From Vicinamibacteria bacterium (GTDB lineage: Bacteria > Acidobacteriota > Vicinamibacteria > Marinacidobacterales > Marinacidobacteraceae): a DNA stretch of 64,000 nucleotides. The stretch covers positions 2,496,001 through 2,560,000 of the forward strand of contig OY821641.1 of the NCBI GenBank assembly GCA_963555995.3, in the 5' to 3' direction. Position numbers and translations under genes: made by a program. Of this stretch, positions 27,655 to 37,203 are shown piece after piece (the stretch's first letter is position 1; each line of letters opens with the position of its first letter). The notes below the pieces were generated by a model, which worked only from the letters and a program-made list of their open reading frames with translations, did no database searches and was not told where the DNA came from.

Positions 27655-30060
27655 TCAGAACCGCATCAGGCGCGTGAACTTGACGACCAGCGCGCGGTCG
27701 CTGAGTCCGGAAAGACCGTCGTCCCCGTCGCGGTTCGTGCTGAAGACCACGAACAGGTCGCTGCCCGGGGAATACTCCCAGCGGTAGCGGACGTTCGCGG
27801 AGAACAACTGCGCCGCCGAGTTGTACTGGACGAGCGCGCCCAGGAAGCTGCGGGGCGACACGGTGTAGGTCGCGCGCAGCCGGCTCACCTGGGCCCGGAC
27901 GTTGCCCGCGGGCACCTCGATCCAGTTGAGACTGATGTTCGGCTCGAGGGAAAAGCGGGTGTTGAACTCGGCGCGTCCCCGGTAGCTCACCTGCCGCCGG
28001 GTGCCGCCGAAGAAGTCGCCGAACTCGTAGCGCAGGAATCCGGAGAACGGGCGGTGCGACCCCATGCGGACGCGGACGCCGGTACGGGAGAAGCGGTAGT
28101 CGCCGGCCGGAACGCCGACCTCGCTGGACAGATTGAACCCTTCGAGGAGGTGCTCCTCGGTCACCGTGTGGTCCACGAAGAGACGGTCGCTGCTCTCGAA
28201 GATGGTCTGGACCTGGAACATGTACTCCCGGGTCTCGGTCTCGCCGTCGGGACGGTCGTACTGGTTCGCATCCACCTGGAACTCGACCTGCCGGATCGCT
28301 TCGATGCCGCGGGGGCGCGGCGCGAGCGTGACGCTCCCCCCGTTCTTCGTGAAGTCCCGGCGGCGGACGAAACCCATCCCGGGGTTGAAGTCCTCGCCGA
28401 GATAGAGGCGCTCGGCGGAGACGTCGAACAGATCGGTGTCGTAGCGGAACTGGCCGAGGTAGCTCGCGGCCCGGCGCCCGGTCTCGACGCCGGGCTCGCT
28501 CGTCGCCATGTAGAAGGTGTTGATGCGGATGTGCTCGGTCGGGTTGAAGTTCCCGTCCACGCCGTAGAGCGAGTTCGATCCGGAACCGTCGGCGCTGACG
28601 TTCCGGTGGGTGGCGATCACCCCGATGTTCGACCGCGCGAAGAGGTCGCGCTTCATCCGGAAGGCGCTGAAGTTCGTGCTCTCCGCATCCACGCCCTGCG
28701 CTTCGCCGGTCTGGATGTTCAAGAGCCCCATCTGGTAGGCGCCGGCGCGGCCGTGGAGGCGGGCGCCCCCGAGGATCGGCACCGCGCTACCGCCGGAGAT
28801 CCCGATCGAGCGGCTGAAGAACGGGATGGGGATATCGCTTCCGCCCCCGCCGCCGAACCCCCGGGCCTGCCGGCCGCCGAAGCCGAAGACCCCCTGCCCC
28901 TCGAGGAAGAACTCCCGCTTTTCCGGGTAGAAGAGGCTGAAGCGGCTCAGGTTGACCTGCGTCTCGTCGTCCTCCACCTGGGCGAAATCGGTGTTCCAGG
29001 TGACGTCGGCGGTGAGTCCGTCGGTGACCCCGAACTTGAAGTCGGCGCCGACGTCGCCCGACCACTCGTTCAGCCGGTCGTGCAACGGGACGTGCGTCTG
29101 GGAGCCGATCGCGTACGGCTTCAGCTCCATCCGCCGCGAACCGGCGGGCGCTTCGAGTCCCACGAGCGTCGCCGCGTTGGAGAGCCGTTCCAGACTGCGG
29201 TAGCCGTACGCCTGGGGTGTCGGGGTGAAGAACGCCTGTTCGTTCTTGTGCTTGATGCGGCGGCGGAAGTTGATTCCCCAGAGCTGGGGTCCGCCCGCCG
29301 CGTAACGGAGCGAGCGGAACGGAATCCGGATCTCCAGGGTGTAGCCGTCTTCGACGAGCCGGCTCTTCACCCACCAGACCGTGTTCCAGTCACTGTTGGT
29401 GTTCCGCTCGTCGGTCACCTGCGCGTCGTAGAGCGCGCCCAGCGCGTTCGTGTGGAACAGGAAGCCGTTCCGCCGGTCGTAGAAGGTGTCGAGGATCACC
29501 GAGAAGCTGTCGCCCCAGTCAATGTTCCGCTGGTCGCGGCGCATCTCGTTGGCCATCAGCAACTCCGGGTCTCCGGTCAGCTCGGCGGCGATGTAGAGGC
29601 TGTCCGCGTCGTAGAGCACCCAGACGCGGGTGGATTCGGAAACGGGGGCGCCCTCGTTCGGCTCCTGCTGCACGAATCCGTCCGCCGCCGGCACCTGGTC
29701 GTACACCGGATCGTCGAGCACCCCGTCCACGGTGACCGGTTCGGCGAGGCGGAAGGCGCGGAGCGTCACCCGGCCGTCCGCGCCGCGGCTGACCGCTTCT
29801 CCCGCCGCCGGGGCGGGCGGACCCAGGATCCGGCCCGTGATCGCGGAGTTGAGGGACCCCTGCTGGTCGGCGGCGAGCCGGCCGGCGCCGCGGCTCGGGA
29901 TCCCGAGATCGTCCTGGCCGTCCTGGAGCCGCCGGTCCGCGGAAGCTGCAACCGGTCTCTCAGACGCAGTGTCGGCGAACGACGCGCCCGCGACCAGCGC
30001 GAGGAGGCCGGCGGCGGCAACGCCCCTCACGAAAACGGCACTCCGCAAGCGGCGGGACAC
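27655..30060 (-). CDS. DUF5916-family protein, paralog 5
   Basis: GTG with GAAGGAAG upstream; same motifs; C-terminal MRF. Confidence 0.82.
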   Translation of the reverse strand: MSRRLRSAVFVRGVAAAGLLALVAGASFADTASERPVAASADRRLQDGQDDLGIPSRGAGRLAADQQGSLNSAITGRILGPPAPAAGEAVSRGADGRVTLRAFRLAEPVTVDGVLDDPVYDQVPAADGFVQQEPNEGAPVSESTRVWVLYDADSLYIAAELTGDPELLMANEMRRDQRNIDWGDSFSVILDTFYDRRNGFLFHTNALGALYDAQVTDERNTNSDWNTVWWVKSRLVEDGYTLEIRIPFRSLRYAAGGPQLWGINFRRRIKHKNEQAFFTPTPQAYGYRSLERLSNAATLVGLEAPAGSRRMELKPYAIGSQTHVPLHDRLNEWSGDVGADFKFGVTDGLTADVTWNTDFAQVEDDETQVNLSRFSLFYPEKREFFLEGQGVFGFGGRQARGFGGGGGSDIPIPFFSRSIGISGGSAVPILGGARLHGRAGAYQMGLLNIQTGEAQGVDAESTNFSAFRMKRDLFARSNIGVIATHRNVSADGSGSNSLYGVDGNFNPTEHIRINTFYMATSEPGVETGRRAASYLGQFRYDTDLFDVSAERLYLGEDFNPGMGFVRRRDFTKNGGSVTLAPRPRGIEAIRQVEFQVDANQYDRPDGETETREYMFQVQTIFESSDRLFVDHTVTEEHLLEGFNLSSEVGVPAGDYRFSRTGVRVRMGSHRPFSGFLRYEFGDFFGGTRRQVSYRGRAEFNTRFSLEPNISLNWIEVPAGNVRAQVSRLRATYTVSPRSFLGALVQYNSAAQLFSANVRYRWEYSPGSDLFVVFSTNRDGDDGLSGLSDRALVVKFTRLMRF

Positions 30061-30178
30061 GGGGACTTCCTTCGGACCAGTGGCGACAACCGGCGCGGAC
30101 TATAGCCCTCTCGAATCGCGGTTGCGAACGCGGCGCGGGCAACCCGGAGGAGCGCCGGTGGACGGGCGCGGAAACTCG

Positions 30179-32536
30179 TCAGAACCGGAAGAGACGGGTG
30201 AATTTCACGACGACGGCCCGGTCGCTGAGCCCGCTGAGACCGTCGTCGCCGTCGCGGTTCGAACTGAAGACCACGAAGAGGTCGCTCCCCGGGGAGTACT
30301 CCCAGCGGAAGCGCACGTTCGCGGAAAACAGTTGCGCGGCCGAGTTGTACTGGACCAGCGCCCCGAGGAAGCTACGGGGCGAGACGGTGTAGGTCGCCCG
30401 GAGACGGCTCACCTGCGCCGTCACGTCGCCCCCGGGCACTGTGATCCAGTTCAGGCTGATGTTCGGCTCGAGCGAGAAGCGCTGGTTCACCTCGGCGCGT
30501 CCCCAGTAGCTGACCTCCTGCCGGGTACCGCCGAAGAAGTCCCCGAACTCGTAGCGGACCATGCCCGAGACCTTGCGGTGGGACCCCATCCGGACCCGCA
30601 CCCCGGTCCGCGCGAACCGGTAGTTCCCGGCGGGAACCACGACCTCGCTGGAGAGGTTGAAACCTTCGAGAAGGCGCTCTTCCGTCACGGTGTGGTCGAA
30701 CATGAGGCGATCGCTGCTCTCGAAGATGATGCTCGTGTCGAACGTGTACTCCCGCGTCTCCATCTCACCGTCGGGCCGGTCGTACTGGTTCGCCTCGACC
30801 TCGAACTCGACCTGGCGGACCGCCTCGATGCTCCGGGGGCGCGGCCCGAACAGGAACGAGCCGCCGTTCTTGGTGAAGTCCCGCCGGCGGATGAAGCCCA
30901 TGCCGGGATTGAAATCCCCGCCGAGGTAGAGGCGCTGGACCTCGACGTCAATCAGGTCGGAGTCGTAGCGGAACTGGCCCATGTAGCTGGCGGCCTGGTG
31001 TCCGGTCTCCACTCCGGGCTCGCGGGTCGCCATGTAGAAGGTGTTGAACCGGATGTTGTCGGTCGGCGCGAAGTTCCCGTCCACGCCGTAGAGGGAGTTG
31101 GACCCGGAACCGTCGGCGCTGATGTTCCGGTGGGTGGCGATGACGCCGATGTTCGACCGCGCGAAGAGATCGCGCTTCACCCGGAAGGCGCTGAAGTTGG
31201 TGCTCTCCACGTCGAGGCCTCCGACTTCGCCGGTCTGGATGTTCATCAGGCCCATCTGGTAGGCGCCGGTGCGGCCGTGGAGCCGCGCGCCCCCGAGGAT
31301 CGGCACCGCGCTGCCGCCGGAGATGCCGATGGAACGACTGAAGAACGGAATCGGGACATCGGTCGGGCCGCCGAAGAACCGGGTCTCCCGACCGCCGAAG
31401 TCGAAGACCCCCTGCCCCTCCAGGAAGAACTCGCGCTTTTCCGGGTAGAACAGGCTGAACCGGCTCAGGTTGACCTGGGTCTCGTCGTCCTCCACCTGCG
31501 CGAAGTCGGTGTTCCAGGTGACGTCGGCGGTGAGCCCGTCGGTGACGCCGAACTTGAAGTCCGCGCCGAGGTCGCCGGACCACTCGTCGTTGATGTCCCG
31601 CAGGGGAGCGTTCGTCTGGGAGCCGATGGCGTACGGCTTGAGCTCCATCCGCCGCGATCCGGGAGGCGCCTCGAGACCGACGAGGGTCGCCGCGTTCGAG
31701 AGCCGCAGCAGCCCGAACCGGTCGTACGCCTGCGGCGTCGGGGTGAGGAAGGACCGCTCGTTCGTGTGCTTGATGAGGCGGCGGAAGTTGATCCCCCAGA
31801 GCTGGGCGCCGCCCCCGGCGTAGCGGAGCGAACGGAAGGGAATCCGCATCTCCACGGTCCAGCCGTCGTCCCGGCGGTGCGTCCGCACCCACCACACGGT
31901 GTTCCAGTCGGCGTTCGTGTTCCGCTCGTCGGTGACCTGGGCGTCGTAGAGCGCGCCCGCCGCGTTCGTGTGGAAGAGGACGCCGTTCCGCCGGTCGTAG
32001 AAGGTGTCGAGGATGACCGAGAAGCTGTCGCCCCAGCCGATGTTGCGGTTGTCGCGGCGCATCTCGTTGGTCATGAACTCTTCCGGATGGTGCTCTTCCA
32101 GATCGGCGGCGACATAGAGGCTGTCCGCGTCGTAGAGCACCCAGACGCGCGTCGCTTCCGAGACCGGGGCGCCCTCGTCGGGTTCCTGCTGGGTGAAGCC
32201 CTCCGCCGCCGGCACCTGGTCGTAGACCGGGTCGTCGAGCACCCCGTCCACGGTGAGCGGCTCGGCGAGCCGGAAGGCGCGGATCGTGACCCGGCCCTCC
32301 GCGTCGCGGCTGACCGCCTCGTCCGCCGCGGGTGCGGGAGGACCGAGGATGCGGTCCGCGATGGACGAACTGAGATCCTGCTGGCTGTCGGCGAGCCGTC
32401 CGGAACCGCGGGAGGACACCGCCAGATCGTCCTGGCTGTCCTGGAGCCGCTGTTCAGGAGGCGGTGGATTCACACCGTCCTGGGCGGCCGCGCTGCCGGC
32501 CGCCAGAAGCACCCCGGCCGACAGCAGGGTCGCCAC
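30179..32536 (-). CDS. DUF5916-family protein, paralog 6 (start uncertain)
   Basis: Same motifs; GTG at 32536 precedes a signal peptide; TACACT -10-like element at 32626-32631. Confidence 0.8.
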   Translation of the reverse strand: MATLLSAGVLLAAGSAAAQDGVNPPPPEQRLQDSQDDLAVSSRGSGRLADSQQDLSSSIADRILGPPAPAADEAVSRDAEGRVTIRAFRLAEPLTVDGVLDDPVYDQVPAAEGFTQQEPDEGAPVSEATRVWVLYDADSLYVAADLEEHHPEEFMTNEMRRDNRNIGWGDSFSVILDTFYDRRNGVLFHTNAAGALYDAQVTDERNTNADWNTVWWVRTHRRDDGWTVEMRIPFRSLRYAGGGAQLWGINFRRLIKHTNERSFLTPTPQAYDRFGLLRLSNAATLVGLEAPPGSRRMELKPYAIGSQTNAPLRDINDEWSGDLGADFKFGVTDGLTADVTWNTDFAQVEDDETQVNLSRFSLFYPEKREFFLEGQGVFDFGGRETRFFGGPTDVPIPFFSRSIGISGGSAVPILGGARLHGRTGAYQMGLMNIQTGEVGGLDVESTNFSAFRVKRDLFARSNIGVIATHRNISADGSGSNSLYGVDGNFAPTDNIRFNTFYMATREPGVETGHQAASYMGQFRYDSDLIDVEVQRLYLGGDFNPGMGFIRRRDFTKNGGSFLFGPRPRSIEAVRQVEFEVEANQYDRPDGEMETREYTFDTSIIFESSDRLMFDHTVTEERLLEGFNLSSEVVVPAGNYRFARTGVRVRMGSHRKVSGMVRYEFGDFFGGTRQEVSYWGRAEVNQRFSLEPNISLNWITVPGGDVTAQVSRLRATYTVSPRSFLGALVQYNSAAQLFSANVRFRWEYSPGSDLFVVFSSNRDGDDGLSGLSDRAVVVKFTRLFRF

Positions 32537-32735
32537 GTAACGCAGCCCGCGATGCGCCCTGCGGACCGGCGGTTTACGGTGCGTGATCCCCAGCGTCCCA
32601 GTCTCCGAATTCAGGATGAACGGCCAGTGTAGCGGCGATGTTCCGTCCATTCCCAACGTGTTCCGGCGGGGTGGCGGACCCGGCCATCCGGCGGTACCGG
32701 GGTGGGGCGTGGCGCGGCCCCGCCGGTCGCGCGGC

Positions 32736-33719
32736 TCAGGTCTCGGACGCGGCCTGACCGCGAAGCCGGTCGAAGAAGTCCGCCTCGTCCCCGGCGGCGA
32801 ATGCCGCCTCCACCGCCGCCTCAGCGGTCACCGCCGGACCGCCCGCAAAGCGCGTGGGAAACGCCGCAGAAACCGCGATGCCCCGGCGGCGCAGGATCTC
32901 GCGGGCGCTCTCGGCGCGCGCCTCGGCGCGGTGCGCTCCCAGCAGGGGGTCGTCGTCGGGACCCGTCCCCTCCCGTACTCCGAGCGCCCGCCCCACCCGG
33001 CGCAGCACCGCCGATGTCTCCGCCGAGATCACCGGCTCGTTCAGCGCGCGGTGGATTTCCGGGGCGCTCCAGCCTGGAAAAGCACGGCTCACCCCCGACG
33101 GCAGGTAGCCGGTCTCCTCCAGCACGTAGATGCGCAGCTCCGGCCGCAACCCACGCGGCCGGGACGGCGCATAGGAGTCGGGAACCTCCACCCACAACTC
33201 GGGAAAACCCCACTCCTCGTAGAGCACCAGCTTGTCGCGGCGGGTGTCCCGCGTGTTGTCCACCTCCAGCACCACGTCCGGATACGCGTCCTCCCCCACG
33301 TCCACGAACAGCCGGTTCGCCGAATCCGCACCCTCGGGCCGCAGAAACACCGTCTGGTCCGGGTACATCACCCGCACCTGTCCCGAGTCCCGATCCAGCA
33401 GCCGCAACTGCGCCTCCCCGCAACAGACGATCGGCGACCCCCGCGTCATCGCGATCTCGCGCGCCAACTCCGCGAGCCTCGCTCCCGGCTTCGCATGGGA
33501 CAGGTGCTCCGGCTCCCGGAGCATCCACGCGCATTCGACCTCCGAGTCGAAGAACTCCACCTTCACGTCCTCGTCGAGGGCCTCGTATTCCCGCAGCGTC
33601 ATTCGGCAGGAATCGCACCCCACGAACTCGAGGGCGCTCACCGGCGTCCAGCGCCGCTTCCTCCCCTGCCGGCTCCCGGAGCCCTCCGGCGCCGGCGTCA
33701 CCCCTGCTCCCGAGTACAT
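32736..33719 (-). CDS. Uma2 (DUF820, PD-(D/E)xK) family endonuclease, copy 1
   Basis: YPD...PDVVLEVD...DKL.LY..WGFPELW; TACAAT 7 nt before the ATG. Confidence 0.8.
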   Translation of the reverse strand: MYSGAGVTPAPEGSGSRQGRKRRWTPVSALEFVGCDSCRMTLREYEALDEDVKVEFFDSEVECAWMLREPEHLSHAKPGARLAELAREIAMTRGSPIVCCGEAQLRLLDRDSGQVRVMYPDQTVFLRPEGADSANRLFVDVGEDAYPDVVLEVDNTRDTRRDKLVLYEEWGFPELWVEVPDSYAPSRPRGLRPELRIYVLEETGYLPSGVSRAFPGWSAPEIHRALNEPVISAETSAVLRRVGRALGVREGTGPDDDPLLGAHRAEARAESAREILRRRGIAVSAAFPTRFAGGPAVTAEAAVEAAFAAGDEADFFDRLRGQAASET

Positions 33720-33755
33720 CGTCGTCATTGTAGGGCGGGGCACGGACTCCGCGAA

Positions 33756-34322
33756 TCACCGCTGATTCGGCTGTCTGAACCCGTACCAAGCCGAGAACGC
33801 CAGCGTCGCCACCCGCCGGGCCACGCTCCGAACACCGGCGGGAAACCACGCCAGTTCACGGCCCGCGCCAGCGGGCGACCGTGCGGAGCGCGCGCGAACC
33901 CCGCGCAGGCGGGCAGCCCTGGCCTGCGCCCCGATCGGCTGACAGCGCGCGTGGGGCACGATTCCGCCGGCTTCGTCGAGCGGATAGGTCGCCGGAAGGC
34001 CAGCCGCGCGAAGGCCCGGAGCGGTGTGTGCGTCACAGACGACCTGGCGGGACGGCAGCGCGCAACCCACGAGGGTCGGTCCGGTGTCATCGCGCAGATC
34101 TTCCGGCTCGTACGGCCAATCGGCAATGAAGGCCAGCAGATTGAGGCGGGCCGTCGCCCTGTCTTCGTTGAGATAGAGCACCGGAAAACTGTCCGGCGGA
34201 TTCCAGCGACCACCGCGCCGTGCGGCGAAGCTGGTATCGAGGGGATTGGTCCACCCGGGATCGGCCACCCGCCACCAGACGTGGCGCTCCGGCAACGGTT
34301 CGCGGAGGAGGTCCACAGTCAA
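33756..34322 (-). CDS. RES-domain toxin
   Basis: WWRV, GGRWNPP.SFPVLY, RS motif; TTGA overlap with the antitoxin stop. Confidence 0.78.
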   Translation of the reverse strand: MTVDLLREPLPERHVWWRVADPGWTNPLDTSFAARRGGRWNPPDSFPVLYLNEDRATARLNLLAFIADWPYEPEDLRDDTGPTLVGCALPSRQVVCDAHTAPGLRAAGLPATYPLDEAGGIVPHARCQPIGAQARAARLRGVRARSARSPAGAGRELAWFPAGVRSVARRVATLAFSAWYGFRQPNQR

Positions 34323-34768
34323 CCCGGAACGTTCTCGAACCGGAACATGTCGCGGCACGCACGGAGGAGCGAGCGCGTGTCGCCCCGCGCCAGCAGGTCC
34401 ATCAGCGACACGCCGCCGAGCGCCGGTATCGGGCGGCGCACGACGGCGGGAATGCGGTCCCGCTTGAGATAGCGCGTCAGCAGTTCGGTGGCGGCGGCCA
34501 GATCGGCCAACGCGTCCGCGCGCGCCGGCGGCGCTCCCCGAGCCAGCCACTTCCCCACCGCCTGACGGCTGACGCCGAGCAGCCGGGCCGCTTCGGCCTG
34601 GCTGACACCCCACACCCGGAGCGTCCGCTCCAGGGATTCCCCGGCGCGTCGCCGGTCGAGAGACTGCGCGAACGCGTCGAGCCACGCACCCTCGTGCCGG
34701 TGCGCGGCGAAGACCTGCTCCGCCGCCTCTTCCGGGTTGCTCTCCAGGACCGCAGTCACTTCACCCAT
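34319..34768 (-). CDS. Xre/MbcA-like HTH antitoxin
   Basis: HTH SQAEAARLLGVSRQAVGKW; C-terminal RRPIPALGGVSLMDLL; directly upstream of RES. Confidence 0.75.
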   Translation of the reverse strand: MGEVTAVLESNPEEAAEQVFAAHRHEGAWLDAFAQSLDRRRAGESLERTLRVWGVSQAEAARLLGVSRQAVGKWLARGAPPARADALADLAAATELLTRYLKRDRIPAVVRRPIPALGGVSLMDLLARGDTRSLLRACRDMFRFENVPG

Positions 34769-34770
34769 AC

Positions 34771-34804
34771 CGCAACCATATGTCAACCGCTACCAAACGT
34801 CAAC
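34771..34804 (-). promoter_or_regulatory. Sigma70-type promoter and tandem operator of Xre-RES
   Basis: TTGACG-17 nt-TATGGT-6 nt-ATG, overlapped by two 17-bp direct repeats (14/17 identical). Confidence 0.65.
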
Positions 34805-34893
34805 TCACCACGGCGTACCGTCACGGGAGCTGCCTCGGTCCGCAAGCGGCGCTCACGGCCGGAAGGATTCGCATTCGCGAAACGGAATCTGAT

Positions 34894-34926
34894 GAACCGC
34901 CGCACCGCAACCTGAGAATCAGCCGA
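34894..34926. repeat. 33-bp direct repeat, copy 1
   Basis: 30/33 identical to 36362-36394. Confidence 0.7.
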
Positions 34927-35080
34927 GGCCCAATCTGATGATCAGCCGAAGGGCGCCGAAGGGTGTCCTCCGTCACGTCCGTCCGTCGAGCCGCGCGTTG
35001 AAGGCCGTCGCCGACAGGGCTGCGGGCCACGACCGCCGCGGGCGGGCGCCGGACCATTCTCCCGACGCGGCGCCCGGCGG

Positions 35081-36109
35081 CTATCGCCGCAGTCGGCGAA
35101 AGAAGGCCGCTTCACTCGTCGCCGTCGAGGCCGCCGTCACGAGGGCCTCGTCGGAGGCGTCCGCCAGGAGCGCCCGCTGGCCGGGCGGGGGGAACTCCGC
35201 GGAGAGCCGGATTCCGCGGCGCTCGAGGATCCGCCGTACCAATCCCGCGCGCCCTTCCGCCCGCCCTTCGGCGAGTCCTTCGGCGAGTCCTTCCGCGTGC
35301 TTCTCGCGGCCGAACGGCCCGAGCAACGGATCGTCCTCCGGCCCGGTTCCCTCGCGCGCCCCGAGGGCTCTCCCCACCCGCACCAGCACTGCGGCGGTCG
35401 CTTCCGAGGTCACCGGCTCGTTGAGGCCCTCGTGGATCTCGGCCGCGAGCCAACCCGGGAACGCCCGGCTCTCCTCGGAAAGGACGTAGCGGTCCTCCTC
35501 CAGCAGGTAGATCCTCAACTCGGGCTTCAAGCCCCGTGGCCGGCTCGCGGAATACGTCTCCGGAACCTCCACCCACAGCTCCGGAAACCCCCATTCCTCG
35601 TACAGCTTCAGCTTGTCGCGTCTCGTGTCGCTGGTGTGGTCCACCTCCAGCACGACATCCGGATAGGTGTCCTGGCCCACCGCCACGAACGACGGGTTCA
35701 CCGGGTCCGCGCGTTCCGGATGCAGGTAGATCATCTCGTCCGGGTGCATGGCCCGCACCTGCCCGAACTCCGAATCCAGGAGCTTCACCGAAGCTTCGCC
35801 GATGCAGCGGATCGGCGAGCCCCGCGTCATGGCGATCTGACGCACGAGCGCCACCAGCATCCGCACCGGCCGTTCGTGGGGAATGGTGGGCCCGTCCCGC
35901 AGCATCCAGGCGAGCCCCGTTTCGGAGTCGAAGAACTCGATCTTCCGCGCGTCCTCCGGGTAGGCCTCGTACTCCGCGAGCGTCATCCGGCAGGATTCGC
36001 AGCCAACGAACTCAAGCGCCGAGACCGGGGTCCAGCGACGCCTGCGCCGGGGCCTCCCGGAACCCGGTTTCCTGCCCGTCGCCGGCGCGGCCGATTCGGT
36101 CCCGTACAC
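35081..36109 (-). CDS. Uma2 family endonuclease, copy 2
   Basis: Clear paralog of 32736-33719; TAGAAT 6 nt before the GTG; EGLA/EGRA repeats near the C-terminus. Confidence 0.8.
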   Translation of the reverse strand: MYGTESAAPATGRKPGSGRPRRRRRWTPVSALEFVGCESCRMTLAEYEAYPEDARKIEFFDSETGLAWMLRDGPTIPHERPVRMLVALVRQIAMTRGSPIRCIGEASVKLLDSEFGQVRAMHPDEMIYLHPERADPVNPSFVAVGQDTYPDVVLEVDHTSDTRRDKLKLYEEWGFPELWVEVPETYSASRPRGLKPELRIYLLEEDRYVLSEESRAFPGWLAAEIHEGLNEPVTSEATAAVLVRVGRALGAREGTGPEDDPLLGPFGREKHAEGLAEGLAEGRAEGRAGLVRRILERRGIRLSAEFPPPGQRALLADASDEALVTAASTATSEAAFFRRLRR

Positions 36110-36185
36110 GCCTCGATTCTAGCGGCGAGACCGGGCCGGAAGGGGGTCCGGCTTCTCCCGGAACCGCTTCTTCGTCGTCCCGCCC

Positions 36186-36361
36186 TCACGCAAGCCAGTC
36201 TTCGAGCCGGAGGCCGGGGATACGCTCGAAGTGTCGGGGGTTGCCGGTCACGAGGACGCCTTCGAGCGCCAGCGCGTGCGCGGCGATGGCAGTGTCGAAG
36301 TCCTCGAGGAGAACGCCCCGCCGCGCCAGGTCCGCCTTGATCGCTCCGAAAACGCTGCTGA
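36186..36361 (-). pseudogene. vapC: VapC/PIN toxin C-terminal fragment
   Basis: FGAIKADLARRGVLLEDFDTAIAAHALALEGVLVTGNPRHFERIPGLRLEDW*; no start codon, upstream in-frame stop. Confidence 0.8.
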
Positions 36362-36394
36362 GAACTGCCGCATCACAACCTGAGAATCAGCCGA
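36362..36394. repeat. 33-bp direct repeat, copy 2
   Basis: 30/33 identical to 34894-34926; lies at the vapC truncation point. Confidence 0.7.
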
Positions 36395-36583
36395 AAGACC
36401 GACACCCGGATCAGGACGGCGCTCGGGCCGACCGTGCCGCGAGCCAACCGCGCCCGGTGACCGGAAAAGCCGTTTCGCTTCGACTTTTCCACAAAGCGGC
36501 GCGAAATCCGCTCTTCGTGGGAATTTTTCGGCGCAATTCTCGTCTATGTCCTCGGGGGGCCTCGTCCCCCAAGGGAGATCCAG

Positions 36584-36994
36584 ATGAGCCCAGTGACGAA
36601 GACCCGCGCCAAGCCGAAACCCGCCGTGGTTGCCACGGACCGGCCCGGAACCTATTCTGTCGCCGACCTCCTCCGCGCGATGCTTGCCGACAACGTTCCC
36701 GCCGCGACTGCGAACCTCGTCGGCGTGCTCCAGAACATCCTGGATCGGGTGAGCGCGCTGGAGCGGCGGGTGGACGGACTCGAAGCCCGCATGGACAGGC
36801 TTGAGGCCCGTATGGACAGGCTTGAGGCCCGCATGGACAGGCTTGAGGCCCGCATGGACAGGCTTGAGGCTCGGGTCGCCGCCATCGAAACGGCGGTCGC
36901 GGCGTTGGCGGCGCGGTTCGACACCACCCAGCGGCTTCAGTGGGCCACTCTCGGGGCGCTGATCGTCTTCGGGGTCGCCAGCCTGGCGCGCTGA
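36584..36994 (+). CDS. Coiled-coil protein with heptad repeats and C-terminal membrane anchor
   Basis: GGGAGA RBS; (MDRLEAR)x4; hydrophobic C-terminus. Confidence 0.7.
   Translation: MSPVTKTRAKPKPAVVATDRPGTYSVADLLRAMLADNVPAATANLVGVLQNILDRVSALERRVDGLEARMDRLEARMDRLEARMDRLEARMDRLEARVAAIETAVAALAARFDTTQRLQWATLGALIVFGVASLAR
36770..36874 (+). repeat. 21-bp coding tandem repeat (5 units)
   Basis: ATGGACAGGCTTGAGGCCCGC x4 plus one degenerate unit. Confidence 0.88.
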
Positions 36995-37203
36995 GGCGCA
37001 TCGCGCCGTCCGGATCCGTCGCGCCCGGTGGGAAACACCCGCCGCCCGCTGAACGGAACATTGCGGGGTGCCCGGAACCGCTCCACAACGCCTGACTACG
37101 GCCCAAACGTCCGAGGGCGAATCCCAGCAACCAGAGGGGCGTTGGAACCGAGCGCGGGGACGATGCGCGTCCGTCGGGTCCGAAGCGGAACCGCCGCCGT
37201 CCC

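Noticed and set aside
17769-32536. Diversity-generating retroelement or invertase shufflon acting on the DUF5916 array
   Set aside because: No reverse transcriptase or recombinase in the window, no TR/VR pair with adenine-specific differences, and all copies are co-oriented and full length
17706-32632. Long plus-strand ORFs antisense to the DUF5916 genes
   Set aside because: Typical stop-poor shadow frames of high-GC genes, with no recognisable motifs
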